Shown piece by piece: positions 1 to 11,659 of a stretch of 64,000 nt of DNA. The translations under genes were made by a program, and so were the position numbers. The notes beneath the pieces were generated by a model. It made no database searches and was not told the origin of the DNA. It was given only the letters and a program-made list of their open reading frames with translations. Where the stretch lies: the NCBI GenBank assembly GCA_020137815.1, contig CM035358.1, positions 1,178,001 to 1,242,000 on the forward strand, read 5' to 3'. Numbering within the stretch: the first letter of the stretch is position 1; each line of letters begins with the position of its first letter. Source of the stretch: Hormiphora californensis (Eukaryota > Animalia > Ctenophora).

Positions 1-105
1 CATACTGCAGCTGCAAGAGGGTCCTGAAAAAGAACAGCAGTCACCAAGGATAAACAACAACAATCAGATCACGCAGAGATCAGATCACCAAGGATCAAGT
101 GAACG

Positions 106-2855
106 ATGTCACGTGTGACATGGGTAAAAACTGGTGGTAGAACAGTCGGTGTTTCCTTTCTTCCACCCGTACAACAAGCCCCTAAAAAACCTCGAAAGCC
201 ACTCCAAACATCTCACCTACCCCACATTGACCTGCCTCCAGATAGTCCATTATCTGATCCAACCACTCCTGACCGCTCACCACCCCGCTGTCTCACTGTC
301 AAGAGATCCCCAACTGCCCCTGATCTAGCTACCCTAGCAGCAGCTAATTCAACTGTAGAGCTCCTCACTAGATCCTCTCCCGGGTTGATTGCTGGTGATG
401 AGGGGAGGTGTAGGAACCAGGGTACCCAAACTAGGGTGATCCAGTTGTCACCTGACTCCTGGAGCAGTGTAGAGATACGGGGCGGCGGGGGTGATGTTAA
501 TGGAGATCATTTGGAGATGTTTTTAGATGTTACTTTGGAGGATTTGGAGAAATCACCTGAACCAAATGTGATAGGGCATTCAGGAGACTCCATGAAATCA
601 TCTAATATCCCGCCAAGTCCTGTCTCAATTAGGAAACCAGACTCAGAAGAAGAGACAACCAACTCAGTCAGCCTAAACTCAAGTCAAGATCATATATTAT
701 CAACCCCTGTATCAGATCAATCTACTGCTGTATTAACCCCTGTATCAGATCATTCTGGCTCTGTTTCAACAACAACAGATCCAAAATGCCCGAATTCACG
801 TGACAAACACACCACATTGTCACGTGACAAACACACGGGAAGACCCCCTCGACCAAGGTTGGACTTCAACAGGTTACCACGTGGCAGAAACAATAGTGGG
901 GTACTAATGAATGGAGAAAGGGAGGTTGGGTCTGTACTAAGGAATGGAGAGGTTGGGTTTGTGGATCAGATAAATGTACCGGGGTTACTAACACCCTCAC
1001 CGTCTCCGGAGCGGTCCTGTCCAGGGAAATCATGCAGGTAATTACAATAATCTCTTTCTGATATTATCCTCCCTGATCTTTGACGTCATAGTCAGGGCAT
1101 ATGATGCCAAAATATGGGCATAATTGTTATCAAGCTGATTCCACTCCTAGTAGGCTCTAATAGGTCCCTAGAAACACCAAAAAAATTGGCCGCGGTTTTA
1201 TCAATGAAGAAGTTGGGTTTTTGGGCCACGCCCTTTTACCTATGTTTTTAGCCTTCTGGTGAAACCCAAAACGGGGCTTAGGAAAGGAGTAGAGACAAAT
1301 CTAAGGACACTAAATGTGTAGCGTCTTCGCATTAGTGGGGGTAGGTGCGGAAATTTAGGCCGGGTCCAGACGAGTGGTAGGTAGCTACTATGGTAGGCTA
1401 CCATGGTAAGCTACCATAGTAGCTGGGAACTGTCCAGACGATTGGTAGTAAAGCTACTATGGTAGGCTAGCTACCACTCGTATGGCCACCCTCTGACACA
1501 TCTACCATGATACTTCTGTAATCATCGGGGGTATCAAATTTCTTATGTCCCACAGTAAGATATGACAACAAGTTACAATGGTAGGCGGTCAGAGGGTGAA
1601 CAGACGAGTGACCACCTACTATAGTAGCCTACCATAGTAAGCTACTATAGTAGGCGGTTATACCTCGACCTATAACCGCCTACCATAGTAGCTTATGGTA
1701 GATATAGGTGTACAAACGAGTGGTAGCTGTGGTAGATATCTACCATAGTAGCCTACCATAGTAGCTACCTACTACTCGTCTGGACCCGGCCTAAGTCTCT
1801 ATCTCATCTGGTTAATTAGATAATTGGATAATTAGATATGTGTATAACCGTATTTTGGCTATATGGCTATAGCCACTTAGGAATGGTTTAGAGACTTTTC
1901 ATTCGTGCCATTTTGTAGGCAATAGCCAAGTTATGGGGGGTCCACGTCGAACTTTTAAGCTTTATCTCTAACCGTTTGGCCGCTATTTGGCTTTAAAGAT
2001 GCTCAAAATGAGCAAAAAACGGTAAAAAGCCCGATTTTGAGCATCTTTAAAGCCAAATAGCGGCCAAACGGTCAGAAATAGAGCTTAAAAGTTCGACGTG
2101 GACCCCCCATAACTTGGCTATTGCCTACAAAATGGCACCAGTGAACAGTCTCTAAACCATTCCTAAGTGGATATAGCCATATAGCCAAAATACGGTTATG
2201 CACATATCTTTTTATCCAATTATCTAATTAACCAGATGAGATAGAGACTTAATTTCCGCACCTACCCCCTACTAATGCGAAGACGCTACACATTTTAGTG
2301 TCCTTAGATTTGTCTCTACTCCTTTCCTAAGCCCCGTTTTGGGTTTCACCAGAAGGCTAAAAACATAGGTAAAAGGGCGTGGCCCAAAAACCCAACTTCT
2401 TCATTGATAAAACCGCGGCCAATTTTTTGGGTGTTTCTAGGGACCTAAGAGAGCCTACTAGAAGTGAAATTAGCTTGATAACAATTATGCCCATTTTTAA
2501 TTTATTTTGGCATCATATGCCCTGACTATCATAACTATAACACCTTTAGGAGTTGTACATCGCACCTGATGACCGACTTTTCGTTACTGTTATAGGCTTA
2601 GCTCTGTAATACAGATACAGAGTCTGTATCTTCCTAGAGCTCCATATTGAGCTTATAACTAGCTATTAGCCCAGTAACTTGGCTTTGTAACACTTCAGTA
2701 ACTAAGCTTTGTAACTAGTTAGTAACTATGTAACTAAGTAACTAGGCATTATTATAGTACCTTTCTAGCTCCAGAGTGTATGCTAATGGCTTGTACATGG
2801 TGAGTGTCTTGGCAACATAGAGTCCTGCACAGCTGCTGTGCTCTCTATACAGGCT

Positions 2856-2919
<64 letters not shown>

Positions 2920-5900
2920 CTCATTCTCGTTCGCGTTAACTCTAAGCTAAGTACTACTCTCTAGCCGTATATCTGAGCCCTTTTTGTCACACGTGCCATA
3001 CACACACGAGCATAACTCGAGAGATAGAGAGAGGGAGAGCATTTGGCAAATTGGGAGAGAACTTGAGGGAGCATTTACCTTACTCTCCATCTTAGGCCAA
3101 CTTAGGAGATGGAGCTGAGCTGTTTCTGAATTATATACTGTATATAGTAGATTTAGTTTGTATTCTTTCTAGCTTTTAGTAGATATTTAAATCTGTTAGG
3201 TCATCCCCCGATATTGTTTATTTTCCAACACATACACCCACATTAGTCAGTGTGTTGGTCGTGTGTTCACTTTTACTGTCTGTTGTATCTTTTGTTTTCC
3301 AGTTCACCAGTCCATGAACTGTTATACCTGGCCTAACTGAATAACTGTCTGTTTTCTTTTGTTTTTGAATTCTCTGAACTCTAACTGTTTGTTGTATCTT
3401 TTGTTTGTGAACTTCAAAAAATAAAACAATTTCAACACTGCCAGTATATATCTACTATCCACGATAATTTCTGTCCTAGGGTCCAGTATTCAGTAGCCAG
3501 CTCACCTCAATTACTAACTTTATCAGGTTCTTACCTGCAGGACCCCACCACTAACACGCCCCCTTGTTATCTAGATACGATCAGTTGCACGCCCGGTGTA
3601 AGAGTTACCGCCAGGAGATCCAGGACCTGAGAGGGAGATTGAAGCAGGGTAACGTGCCTATACCTGCCCCTATGGAGGGTACCCATGCCAACCACGATCT
3701 GTGTCAGGCAGTACACGAACTGCTAAACGATCTAGGTTAGTAGGACCACGGGGTTATAATGTGGGGAGACGCTAGTTTAGTATCCACTTAACTCAGTTTA
3801 AGATGGGGGCAGTTTAGCTGTGGGGAGATACCTGAGGTTGCTATGGGAATGTCATATTCTGTAACTACCATATCAGTCAACCGATGGGGATGTATAACTT
3901 ACTGTGGTTGTGTTATTCTTTTCCGTTCTTATAGGATCAAACTTTTCTGTATAGCCTTTGCTTTGTCTGGTCTTCTAGGATCTGTCTCTCTGTGAGCCCT
4001 CTCTTTCTATCTCTCTCTCTCCATTGTCTACCTTCCATTTCCGGCACCCCACATTCAAGTAGTTTTTGCTGCGTTGTCTTACTTTAAACCATGCCTGTCT
4101 ACACACCACTACTTTTTGTCATAAAACGGGAACATTGCGGAATACAATGCCGAATTTTAGGTAGTTTTTGGTAGTTAGGACTGTTGATTCTGTTGTTGTT
4201 CTTCAAAAATCAAAATATCTGGGACAGGGGGCTGTGCGAGGGAGTCTAATATGACCAAGTTGGGGTTGTGTTCTACAGTTTTTAATACAGTCGTATGTTC
4301 TCTAATCACCCTCTCCCTTCAGATTCAGGCCCATCGTCTGCTGATGGCCGGGGTCGGGCCCCCTCTATCCAGGAGATATCCCGACTACTCCTGCCCCAAG
4401 TCGAGCAACAACAGGCTCCTGCTACCTTTGCAACTCCTGATGGCGTAGCTTTCAAAGAGTAAGTTATCTCCTGTTAGTAAAACCTCTTGGGCCCGTCTTT
4501 TTTGACAGTTTTAGTGCTCTAAACTCTGTGGTATTCACGTCCTAACTCCTAGTAGAGTAGTAGGACTCCCACTAGCTCTATCCCATCAAGACTCACTCAC
4601 ATAAACACTACTTCCAGGGATTGCGATGTTATCCAGGAGAAGACAGATGAGCTGACTGATCTTGTCAAGGGACTACACTCCCGGCTGGACGCCCAGAAGC
4701 AGGCCAAGATAGACGCTCTACAGGAGAAAGTGAAGGAGTATGAGAGGGAAATGGACCGACTTAGGGATCTTATTGGTAAGTAGTAATTGTTAGTTAATTA
4801 TCTAATTGACAAGTTATTTTATTGGAACGGAGTGAAATATTCATAACATCAACTTGCCCTTGTTGTGTTTGACATTTAAACAAATCTTCCTTTCAGGAGA
4901 TGAATCAGAGAAAGAAGCCGAGATGGAGGCACTACGAGAGAGAAACAGACAACTAGCCCTCAACCTCAGAGACTCCCAAGCAGAACTTGAGGGAGCTGAG
5001 AGGAAGAACTCTGTCCTTACAGACAAGTTCAAAGAAGCTAACGACTCTCTGAACTCAGCTGTCGACGAACTGGGTGATCTGAGGAGAAAGACCCGGGAGA
5101 GGGAGGCGTATATCCGGCAACTTCAGGAGCAGCTGAGGAGGGCTGATGAGAGGATAGAGGAGAAGGACCAGAGTAATGAACATCTGAGGAACAATTGTGA
5201 TGAACTTCAGGAGAAAGCACAGCAACTCAGCTCTCTTATCAAGGAGGTATGAGGGTCTTAGAGATGTCTTTTGATCTAAAATGGGCGGTTTTTTTGGGTC
5301 ATACGATTGAGAAGACCATGATGTTGTAGAATAACGTATGATTCTTCTTTCTCTCACGGCCAGTTCTAAAGGAGGGGGAGTGTAGTCATGTTGGACCTTT
5401 AGTAGTGATAGTAAATATTGGTGTACCTAACAAACCATCTCTCTGTTTCCAGGTTGAGGCTAAATTTGTTGAGAAGAGTAGGCAGTACACTCTGCTAGAG
5501 CAGGAATTCAACAAACTACAGGATGACCACCGTCTAATCGCAGAGTTCTGTGATAAGAAGAACGCCAAGGTAAGAAGAACGCCAAGGTAAGAAGAACGCC
5601 AAGGTAAGAAGAACGCCAAGGTAAGAAGAACGCCAAGGTAAGAAGAACGCCAAGGTAAGAAGAAGAGGTGATATGTGTCTTCTCTGGCCTCTGGGTGGTA
5701 GAAGGGTGGTACTCTAGAAGGGTAGTAATAGTTCTCGCTAGAATTGAATCTGCTTCCCCAGTATGACGTCATATTGAGGGAACTTAAGTTGCTATAATAA
5801 TAGTAGTTCATGCGTTATTCACCCTTCCTCTATTTTCCCTCTTTTAAACATGAACACTAGCTGTGATCTCACTTTAGTGGGCCCATTATTACGATTCCAA

Positions 5901-8900
5901 TCACTTCCTCGGATATCGTTTTCTCTCCTTTCCAAACACCCTGTACCCCACATCAGTAGTGTGAACAATGTTATTGAACATGCATGTCGTAGTGTCATGA
6001 TATCTGATATCTCTCCTTCCCCGTTTTGACACAGCTTACAGTTTCCCATCCCAGAATTCTAGTTCACTATTTCAGAGCTCCTGCAACAGACGGCTATTAT
6101 TCCTGTTAAGGCTCGAGAAAAAAAAAGAGATTTCGCTCTCTCGCGAGATTAGAACTATACATCAGTCTTACTTTGTCATATAATAGTTAAATCCTTCAAT
6201 CTCAGCGAGCTCAGAAACCACTTTTCAGCTTCTGAGCTAGTTTTTATTACAGTTGAGATATATAAATGGCCACCATTAAAGACACCAGTTCCTCCCTTCT
6301 CTTTGATTTATTTGCTCTTGATCCGGAGCTTCTTATTGGGAGTGCTCCTGCTGGCAGCACTGAGGAACTTAGTATTCAATATTACCAGGTCGTTGTACAC
6401 TGGGGGGAGCTTGTAATACCACCACACTATATCATCTTGTTCCACTAAACTCTATCATGTTAAGTGTTGTAGTTTCTAACCAGCTATTTAATGTCAAGTG
6501 GTGGGCTGCGATACCTCTCTAACTCTCCCTCACTCTCCCTCCTAATCTCTCCTCTCTCCCCCTGCACAGATTGGAGAGCTGGAAGGAGATCTCCGTGATC
6601 TGATAGCTGAAAACCAGAAGCTGGTGGACGAGAATGCAGAGTTGACTGACGAAACGAGTATGAAGGACGAGAAGATAAAGGAGCTGGATAATAGGTTGGA
6701 TGCCAAGGAGAGGCTGATAGATGAACTGGAGAAGGCTGCTAGCACCATGGCAGGTATAATTTGTGTGACTGCACATGCACCGAGTTGTGACCTGTTACTG
6801 GGAATCTCCTACTTGCGAGGACCGCAAATCTGGTTTAACTTTAGATCTATCCTCTCTTAAATCTATCATTATTTGCTTCAGATGACATAGGAGAGAGGGA
6901 CTCCGTGTTGAAACAGATGAACGAGGAGGTAGAGAAGTTGGAGGCAGGTGGGGAGGAGAAGGACGCCCTGATTGCACAGCTGGAGAACGATCTGGAACAG
7001 CAGGATAAGGAACTAGGCAAACAAGACCAGGTATGTGTTGATAGACTCTTAAGCAGCAGGATAAGGAACTAGGCAAACAAGATCAGGTATGTTGTCCGGC
7101 ATCTCGAGACAGGAAATCTCTCGCACATCTGAAATATCAACCGAGTAATTAATTAATTAATCACCTAGTTAATCTAATTTGCTTTAATTTTAGGAGATAG
7201 AAGACCTAAAGGCAGATCTAAAAGAAAAAGAGGAGGACGCTAAGGCTGCGGAGGAGGACGCTAAGAAGGCAGATGAAGATAAGAAAGCACTGGAAGATGA
7301 AAACCAGAAACTCAAAGATGAGGTAATTAGCAAAATTAATTACCCCAATTATGGACCTTGACTTCAACAAATTCCTGATATTGACAGTAGTTTGGCGGTC
7401 CTTCTTCGTCCTTCATTTTCCAGTTTGAACTCACTTTAATCTAAACAAATTGATTGTATATGCCCATTAGCCCATCTCCTAATTGGCTCATCTCCTAATT
7501 GGCTCATCACCTAATAAGCTCATCCCCTAATCCCTAATCCCTGTAGGTTGATAATCTGAAGGAGGATCTGGACACAGTGAAGGATGATTTGGAGAAGTTA
7601 GAGAAGGCCCTGGAGGAGAAGGAGGCTGATATGGACAAGGTGAAGGATCTTGTTGGAGAACTGGAGCAGGACCTCAAGGTAATTGCTGATCTATCTTCCA
7701 GGAACCGACCAAATCAGGAAATACTGGTCCCTGATTGGCTGATAACCAGTCACGTGACCTAAATAACGAGTTATGATTGGTTGTTTACTTGTTTCGGTCG
7801 GTTCCTGATCTGTAGAGGGTTACCACTAGATATTCGACCGATATAAACATGATGCGTGGGGTTTGGTGGAGCTTTCTAACTCTACCAAATGGGCCGTAGT
7901 TTACCGATTGACATTTAGAGCAAGGAATACTTCCACTCCATTTACCTTCTCTAACCACCCAACTCTTCACAGGAAGCGGAGGAAGAGGTAGATGCTCTGA
8001 AAGACAAGATAGAGGAGCTGCAGAAAGATCTTGATGACAAGAAGGATGCCCTGGAGAAGGCAGCAGATGAGCTTGAGAAAGCTGAGAAGGAGAACGATGA
8101 GAAGCAGGATGAAATAGAGAAACAGGCAGAAGTGGTGGATAAACTTAGGGACGAGATCCAAGACGTAAGTGCAGGGGGGAATGAGTTGGAATAACTCACA
8201 AGACATCCTTGATATATGATAGATGCTAGCTATTTCTATCACGATTTATAGTAGAAATCAAAGACCACCATCACTGCATGAAACTAATCCATACATTCCT
8301 CAGTTGGAGAACCTGGTACCAGAGGTGGAAGCCCTCAAAGAGGATGGAGAGAAGTTGAGGGAGTACATTGAGGACCTGGAGGAGACTCTCAAGGAAGAGC
8401 AGGACAAACTTGACAAGTTGGAGGATGACAACAAGACATTGGAGCAGGGCAATACTGAGTTGAAGGTAAGTTTGGAGCAGGGCAATACTGAGTTGAAGGT
8501 ATGCTTTCTGTCTTCTCGTAGATGTAATCCTATTTTTTAGTTGCTGTTCATGTTGTCGTTATCCTCATGTCTCATGTCTCATTATGATTATCGCAATTGA
8601 TTACTCTCACACCACCTCCACCCCTTGGACCTCACCCAACCCCTTCCTCTCTCAGGACAAGGTGGCCGACCAAACAGAAGACCTGGAACAGCTGGCTGAG
8701 ATTGTCACCGAGCTGGAGGCTGATGTAGACCAGGGGGACAAGGAGAACCAGAAGTTGAAGGATGAAAACGAGGATCTGAAGAAGGATGTTGCTGATCTGA
8801 AGAAACAGAAACAGGATGTACTGGGTAAGTGGGGAGCAGGGACCGACCGAATCAGGAAATACAACCAATCAGAACTCGTTATATAGGTCACGTGACTGGT

Positions 8901-9464
8901 TATCAGCCAATCAGGGACCAGTATTTCCTAGTATTCTCCCTGCTCAGACGAGGTAAAGGATGCTATGGACGAGATTGATGGGGAGAGAGAGAACTACAAG
9001 GATACCCTGGAACAACTCAAGGGATTCCTCGAGAACCAGAAGAAGGACCTTGATGACCTCAAGTCACAGGTACATACACATTTTTAGCCCAGATCCAAGC
9101 TTGGTCACTATTCAGACTGTCTCGCACAATGTTTTGAACAGCTCAATGTTTTTCCTAACGTACATATCTCCCCCAGGTCAAGGAGAAGCCAGAGCTCGAA
9201 CACCGTTGTATGCAGACGGACGTCCAAGAGTCCCGAGCCGTCAGACAACAGACCGATGAAATTGAGGTCACTAACGTGAGGATTCAGACGGTTATTGATG
9301 ACATGAAGCCCCACCTTACAAGTAGAAGAATCCAGACAGAGGTCGACCCAGTCATGGCAGCAAAGGCCACCGCCAAGACTGAGATCAAGAAATCATCTTC
9401 CCTTCACATTTTGAGAAATTTGATAAACACTGTCGATAGACCAACTCAAACGGAATTTAGTTGA
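106..9464 (+). CDS. Large coiled-coil protein (~1126 aa): Ser/Pro-rich disordered N-terminus, long acidic coiled coil, C-terminal QT-motif tail
   Basis: Hand-built model, 15 exons with GT-AG boundaries and consistent phases: 106-1037, 3575-3735, 4323-4458, 4618-4775, 4897-5246, 5453-5569, 6570-6753, 6882-7030, 7194-7322, 7547-7678, 7973-8164, 8304-8465, 8656-8824, 8948-9069, 9177-9464. Sum 3381 nt, open to TGA. Heptad-rich E/K/D/L sequence. The link from exon 1 is phase-compatible but the least certain. Confidence 0.75.
1091..2526. mobile_element. Non-autonomous foldback DNA element with TA target duplication, in intron 1 of the coiled-coil gene
   Basis: ta|gtcagggcatatgatgccaaaat ... attttggcatcatatgccctgac|ta. 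Arms of ~490 bp (1091-1357 plus 1792-2009 versus 2034-2526) around a short spacer; no ORF. Confidence 0.85.
1358..1791. mobile_element. MITE nested in the left arm of the 1091-2526 foldback (possibly PIF/Harbinger-like)
   Basis: TIRs ggccgggtccagacgagtggtaggtagctactatggtaggcta / tagcctaccatagtagctacctactactcgtctggacccggcc, flanked by TTA/TAA. Absent from the mirror position of the right arm. Internal ctaccatagtag repeats. Confidence 0.85.
2860..2922. repeat. (CT)n microsatellite
   Basis: Visible dinucleotide run; source of the ERERER ORF. Confidence 0.95.
5554..5664 (+). repeat. 17-bp tandem repeat x6.5 spanning the exon 6 donor site
   Basis: Unit taagaagaacgccaagg; each copy recreates AAG|GTAAGA. 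Confidence 0.95.
7699..7807. mobile_element. 109-bp MITE (CAGG...CCTG family, hAT-like)
   Basis: TIR caggaaccgacc / ggtcggttcctg; near-identical to the copies at 31624 and 37426. Confidence 0.85.
8837..8929. mobile_element. Rearranged partial copy of the 109-bp MITE filling most of intron 13
   Basis: cagggaccgaccgaatcaggaaatac joined to the interior in the opposite orientation (aaccaatcagaactcg...gtatttcct). Confidence 0.75.
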
Positions 9465-11029
9465 ACAAATTACTGAGAATTTAGTTGTGTGTTTGACCTT
9501 TAGGTGTAAGTATTTTTAACCGTTTTTTATTCTATGCCCTTTGAAGTCAGAAACAATTCATATTACATTTAATTAGTTTTACCGACAGTGAAGTCAGATT
9601 CTCAGAAGAGACAAATAATCAGTCCAGTATGAGTTAATCATAGCTGTTTATTAGTATGTACTTAAAATTACGATATCTATGCTATTTGGGGACTGAAATG
9701 AAGTATTGTTAATGAGGAGAGATTAATTGACTCTGTTATTTTGACCCGACTTGTGAAGTTTAAAATGGAATACATGTGCATGTTACACGTGTAAACCGAT
9801 TTATCATATACGAGAGATCATGAGATAGAAGGGTCATTATATATTATGCATTTATTTTGTATATACAATTATACATTACATTCGCGTCAACATGATTGGC
9901 GAATTGATTTTTTATTTTCAATTGTTTTCAAGGAAACGGCGTAAAATCTTCTTTTCACTCGCATTTTATAGCGCGCGTTCATGCATTTGAAATGTGGCGC
10001 GCGCGTACCAATAGAAATCCAATAGAAATCGTCTCAAAACTTTTTCACTTAAAAATTTTATTTTTGGATTTTTTATCTTTGGATTTTGCAGTGATTTCTG
10101 GTCCTAAAGAGCTGTTCAAGCATCATTAAGGCAATTAAATAGATTTAGAAGGCCATTTTTCAGTTTTCCCTTTGGTGCTTAGTAGTTTTACAGTACTCAG
10201 CATTTAATTTGGGACGTACACCGCTGCACGCACGGTCCAGAACAAGGCTGCGGTGCCAGCTGCCTCTGGCCAGAGGTTATCATAGTCATAAAAGTCATTA
10301 AATTGGCTCTGCGAGTGGTGAACCAGTAAATTCCGAGTTTTGAGGCGGTAGGTCAGATCAGGGGGTCACGATCACCGATGAGTGATGACAATTGCCATGT
10401 TATGTTCAGAATATTTCCGATACGAGCCGTTTCAAGCAACAATTAAAACTTGCCACTGTGTCCGAACCTAAAAAGTAAAAGCTCTAAGGGGCCATTACAA
10501 AAGACATCCGCAGGAATTGTCACTTTTTTTGCCCCCACCCCTAAGTTGTCCGCTGGTGCCTCCCCCCTTCTGCGGGCGTCTTTTGTGAATGAAATGGCCC
10601 CTAACGCGGCTTTAGCTTTTTCTGATGTGAGTGATGTAAATTTAATATTTTCGGAGTATCGTGTCATGTTTCCGCTGCACTGTTCACCCGAAAAGTTTGT
10701 CCTAGACCCATTGGACACAGCCTTGCTTCGCCTCTGCTCAAAGCCAAAAGTAAGATTTTGATGAACTCTGCTGGCTTTAGAGTGGACGAGAAAGGGGACG
10801 AGAACCAGAAAAAGGGTATTCCGAAGACCGCTACAAGTTTGTCTTCGGAGGTTGACTGTTGTATTCACAGTTCTGAATGTTCATCTAATCCAACGTAAGT
10901 TTTCAGGGATATCCAGAATATTAAATACAAAAACGATACGCATATTGTTTGTCCGAGAAAAAATTTATTACAATGTATTAAAAAAATGTATTACAAGTTC
11001 TTATTATCCATCAGAATCTCAAAAAAAAT

Positions 11030-11659
11030 TCAAGTTTTACAATTGCCACACGTCGGAATTTTCGGGTTGAATATGAGATCTACTCTCGACCTTCGATCCC
11101 AAACTATTTCTTCATTAATTTTAAAATAATAAACCCGATGTTTTGGAATACAGAACGTTTCCCAATCATCCACTGTGGTAACATCACTCCAATCAAAATT
11201 AGCAAAGTTTTCCTCCACAATTCCATCAAACCTATCCAAATATCCGACAATTACTGATTCTGGATCATAAGAATCGTCCCATTGTATCCTTTTAACAACA
11301 TCCATAACAGTCCGCAGTTTATGTCGCTGTTTTTCACATTTCTCACAGACCACTACCTCGTCTCTCTTCTGTTTGGATTTCCTACCCTTCCCTCGTTTGT
11401 TTTGTTTTGGTGGCGTGTAGTTGGGATCAGGCTTGTGTAGGTTGATACATTCTGAACCGAACCTACAACTACCCGACTGATAAAATACACAAAACTGACG
11501 TCCACTAACGATATCCTGTGATGAGGAATTAGGAGCAGCAGGTGTCTGTCCCCCTCTCTCCTCTCCTAACTGTGTCTGCAGCTCCTCTCCCCCCGTCTGT
11601 GTCTGATTACCAACTTCCTCCCCTCCTCCCGTCTGGTTAACTTTCTGTTCTCCTGCCAT
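11030..11659 (-). CDS. LENG9-like protein: CCCH zinc finger plus MJ1316 (DUF504) domain, intronless, 209 aa
   Basis: CVFYQSGSCRFGSECINLH fits C-x7-C-x5-C-x3-H. LRTVMDVVKRIQWD...VGYLDRFDG...IPKHRVYYFK...VWDRRSRVDLIF matches the MJ1316 signature of LENG9 family members. Confidence 0.85.
   Translation of the reverse strand: MAGEQKVNQTGGGEEVGNQTQTGGEELQTQLGEERGGQTPAAPNSSSQDIVSGRQFCVFYQSGSCRFGSECINLHKPDPNYTPPKQNKRGKGRKSKQKRDEVVVCEKCEKQRHKLRTVMDVVKRIQWDDSYDPESVIVGYLDRFDGIVEENFANFDWSDVTTVDDWETFCIPKHRVYYFKINEEIVWDRRSRVDLIFNPKIPTCGNCKT

Noticed and set aside
4841-8891. Minus-strand Ser/Phe/Leu-rich ORFs over the coiled-coil gene
   Set aside because: Antisense shadows of E/K-rich coding exons.
10200-11029. 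ORFs 10443-10868 (-) and 10450-10761 (+)
   Set aside because: Non-ATG starts, no recognisable motifs or splice structure; possibly a decayed repeat, but I could not define termini.
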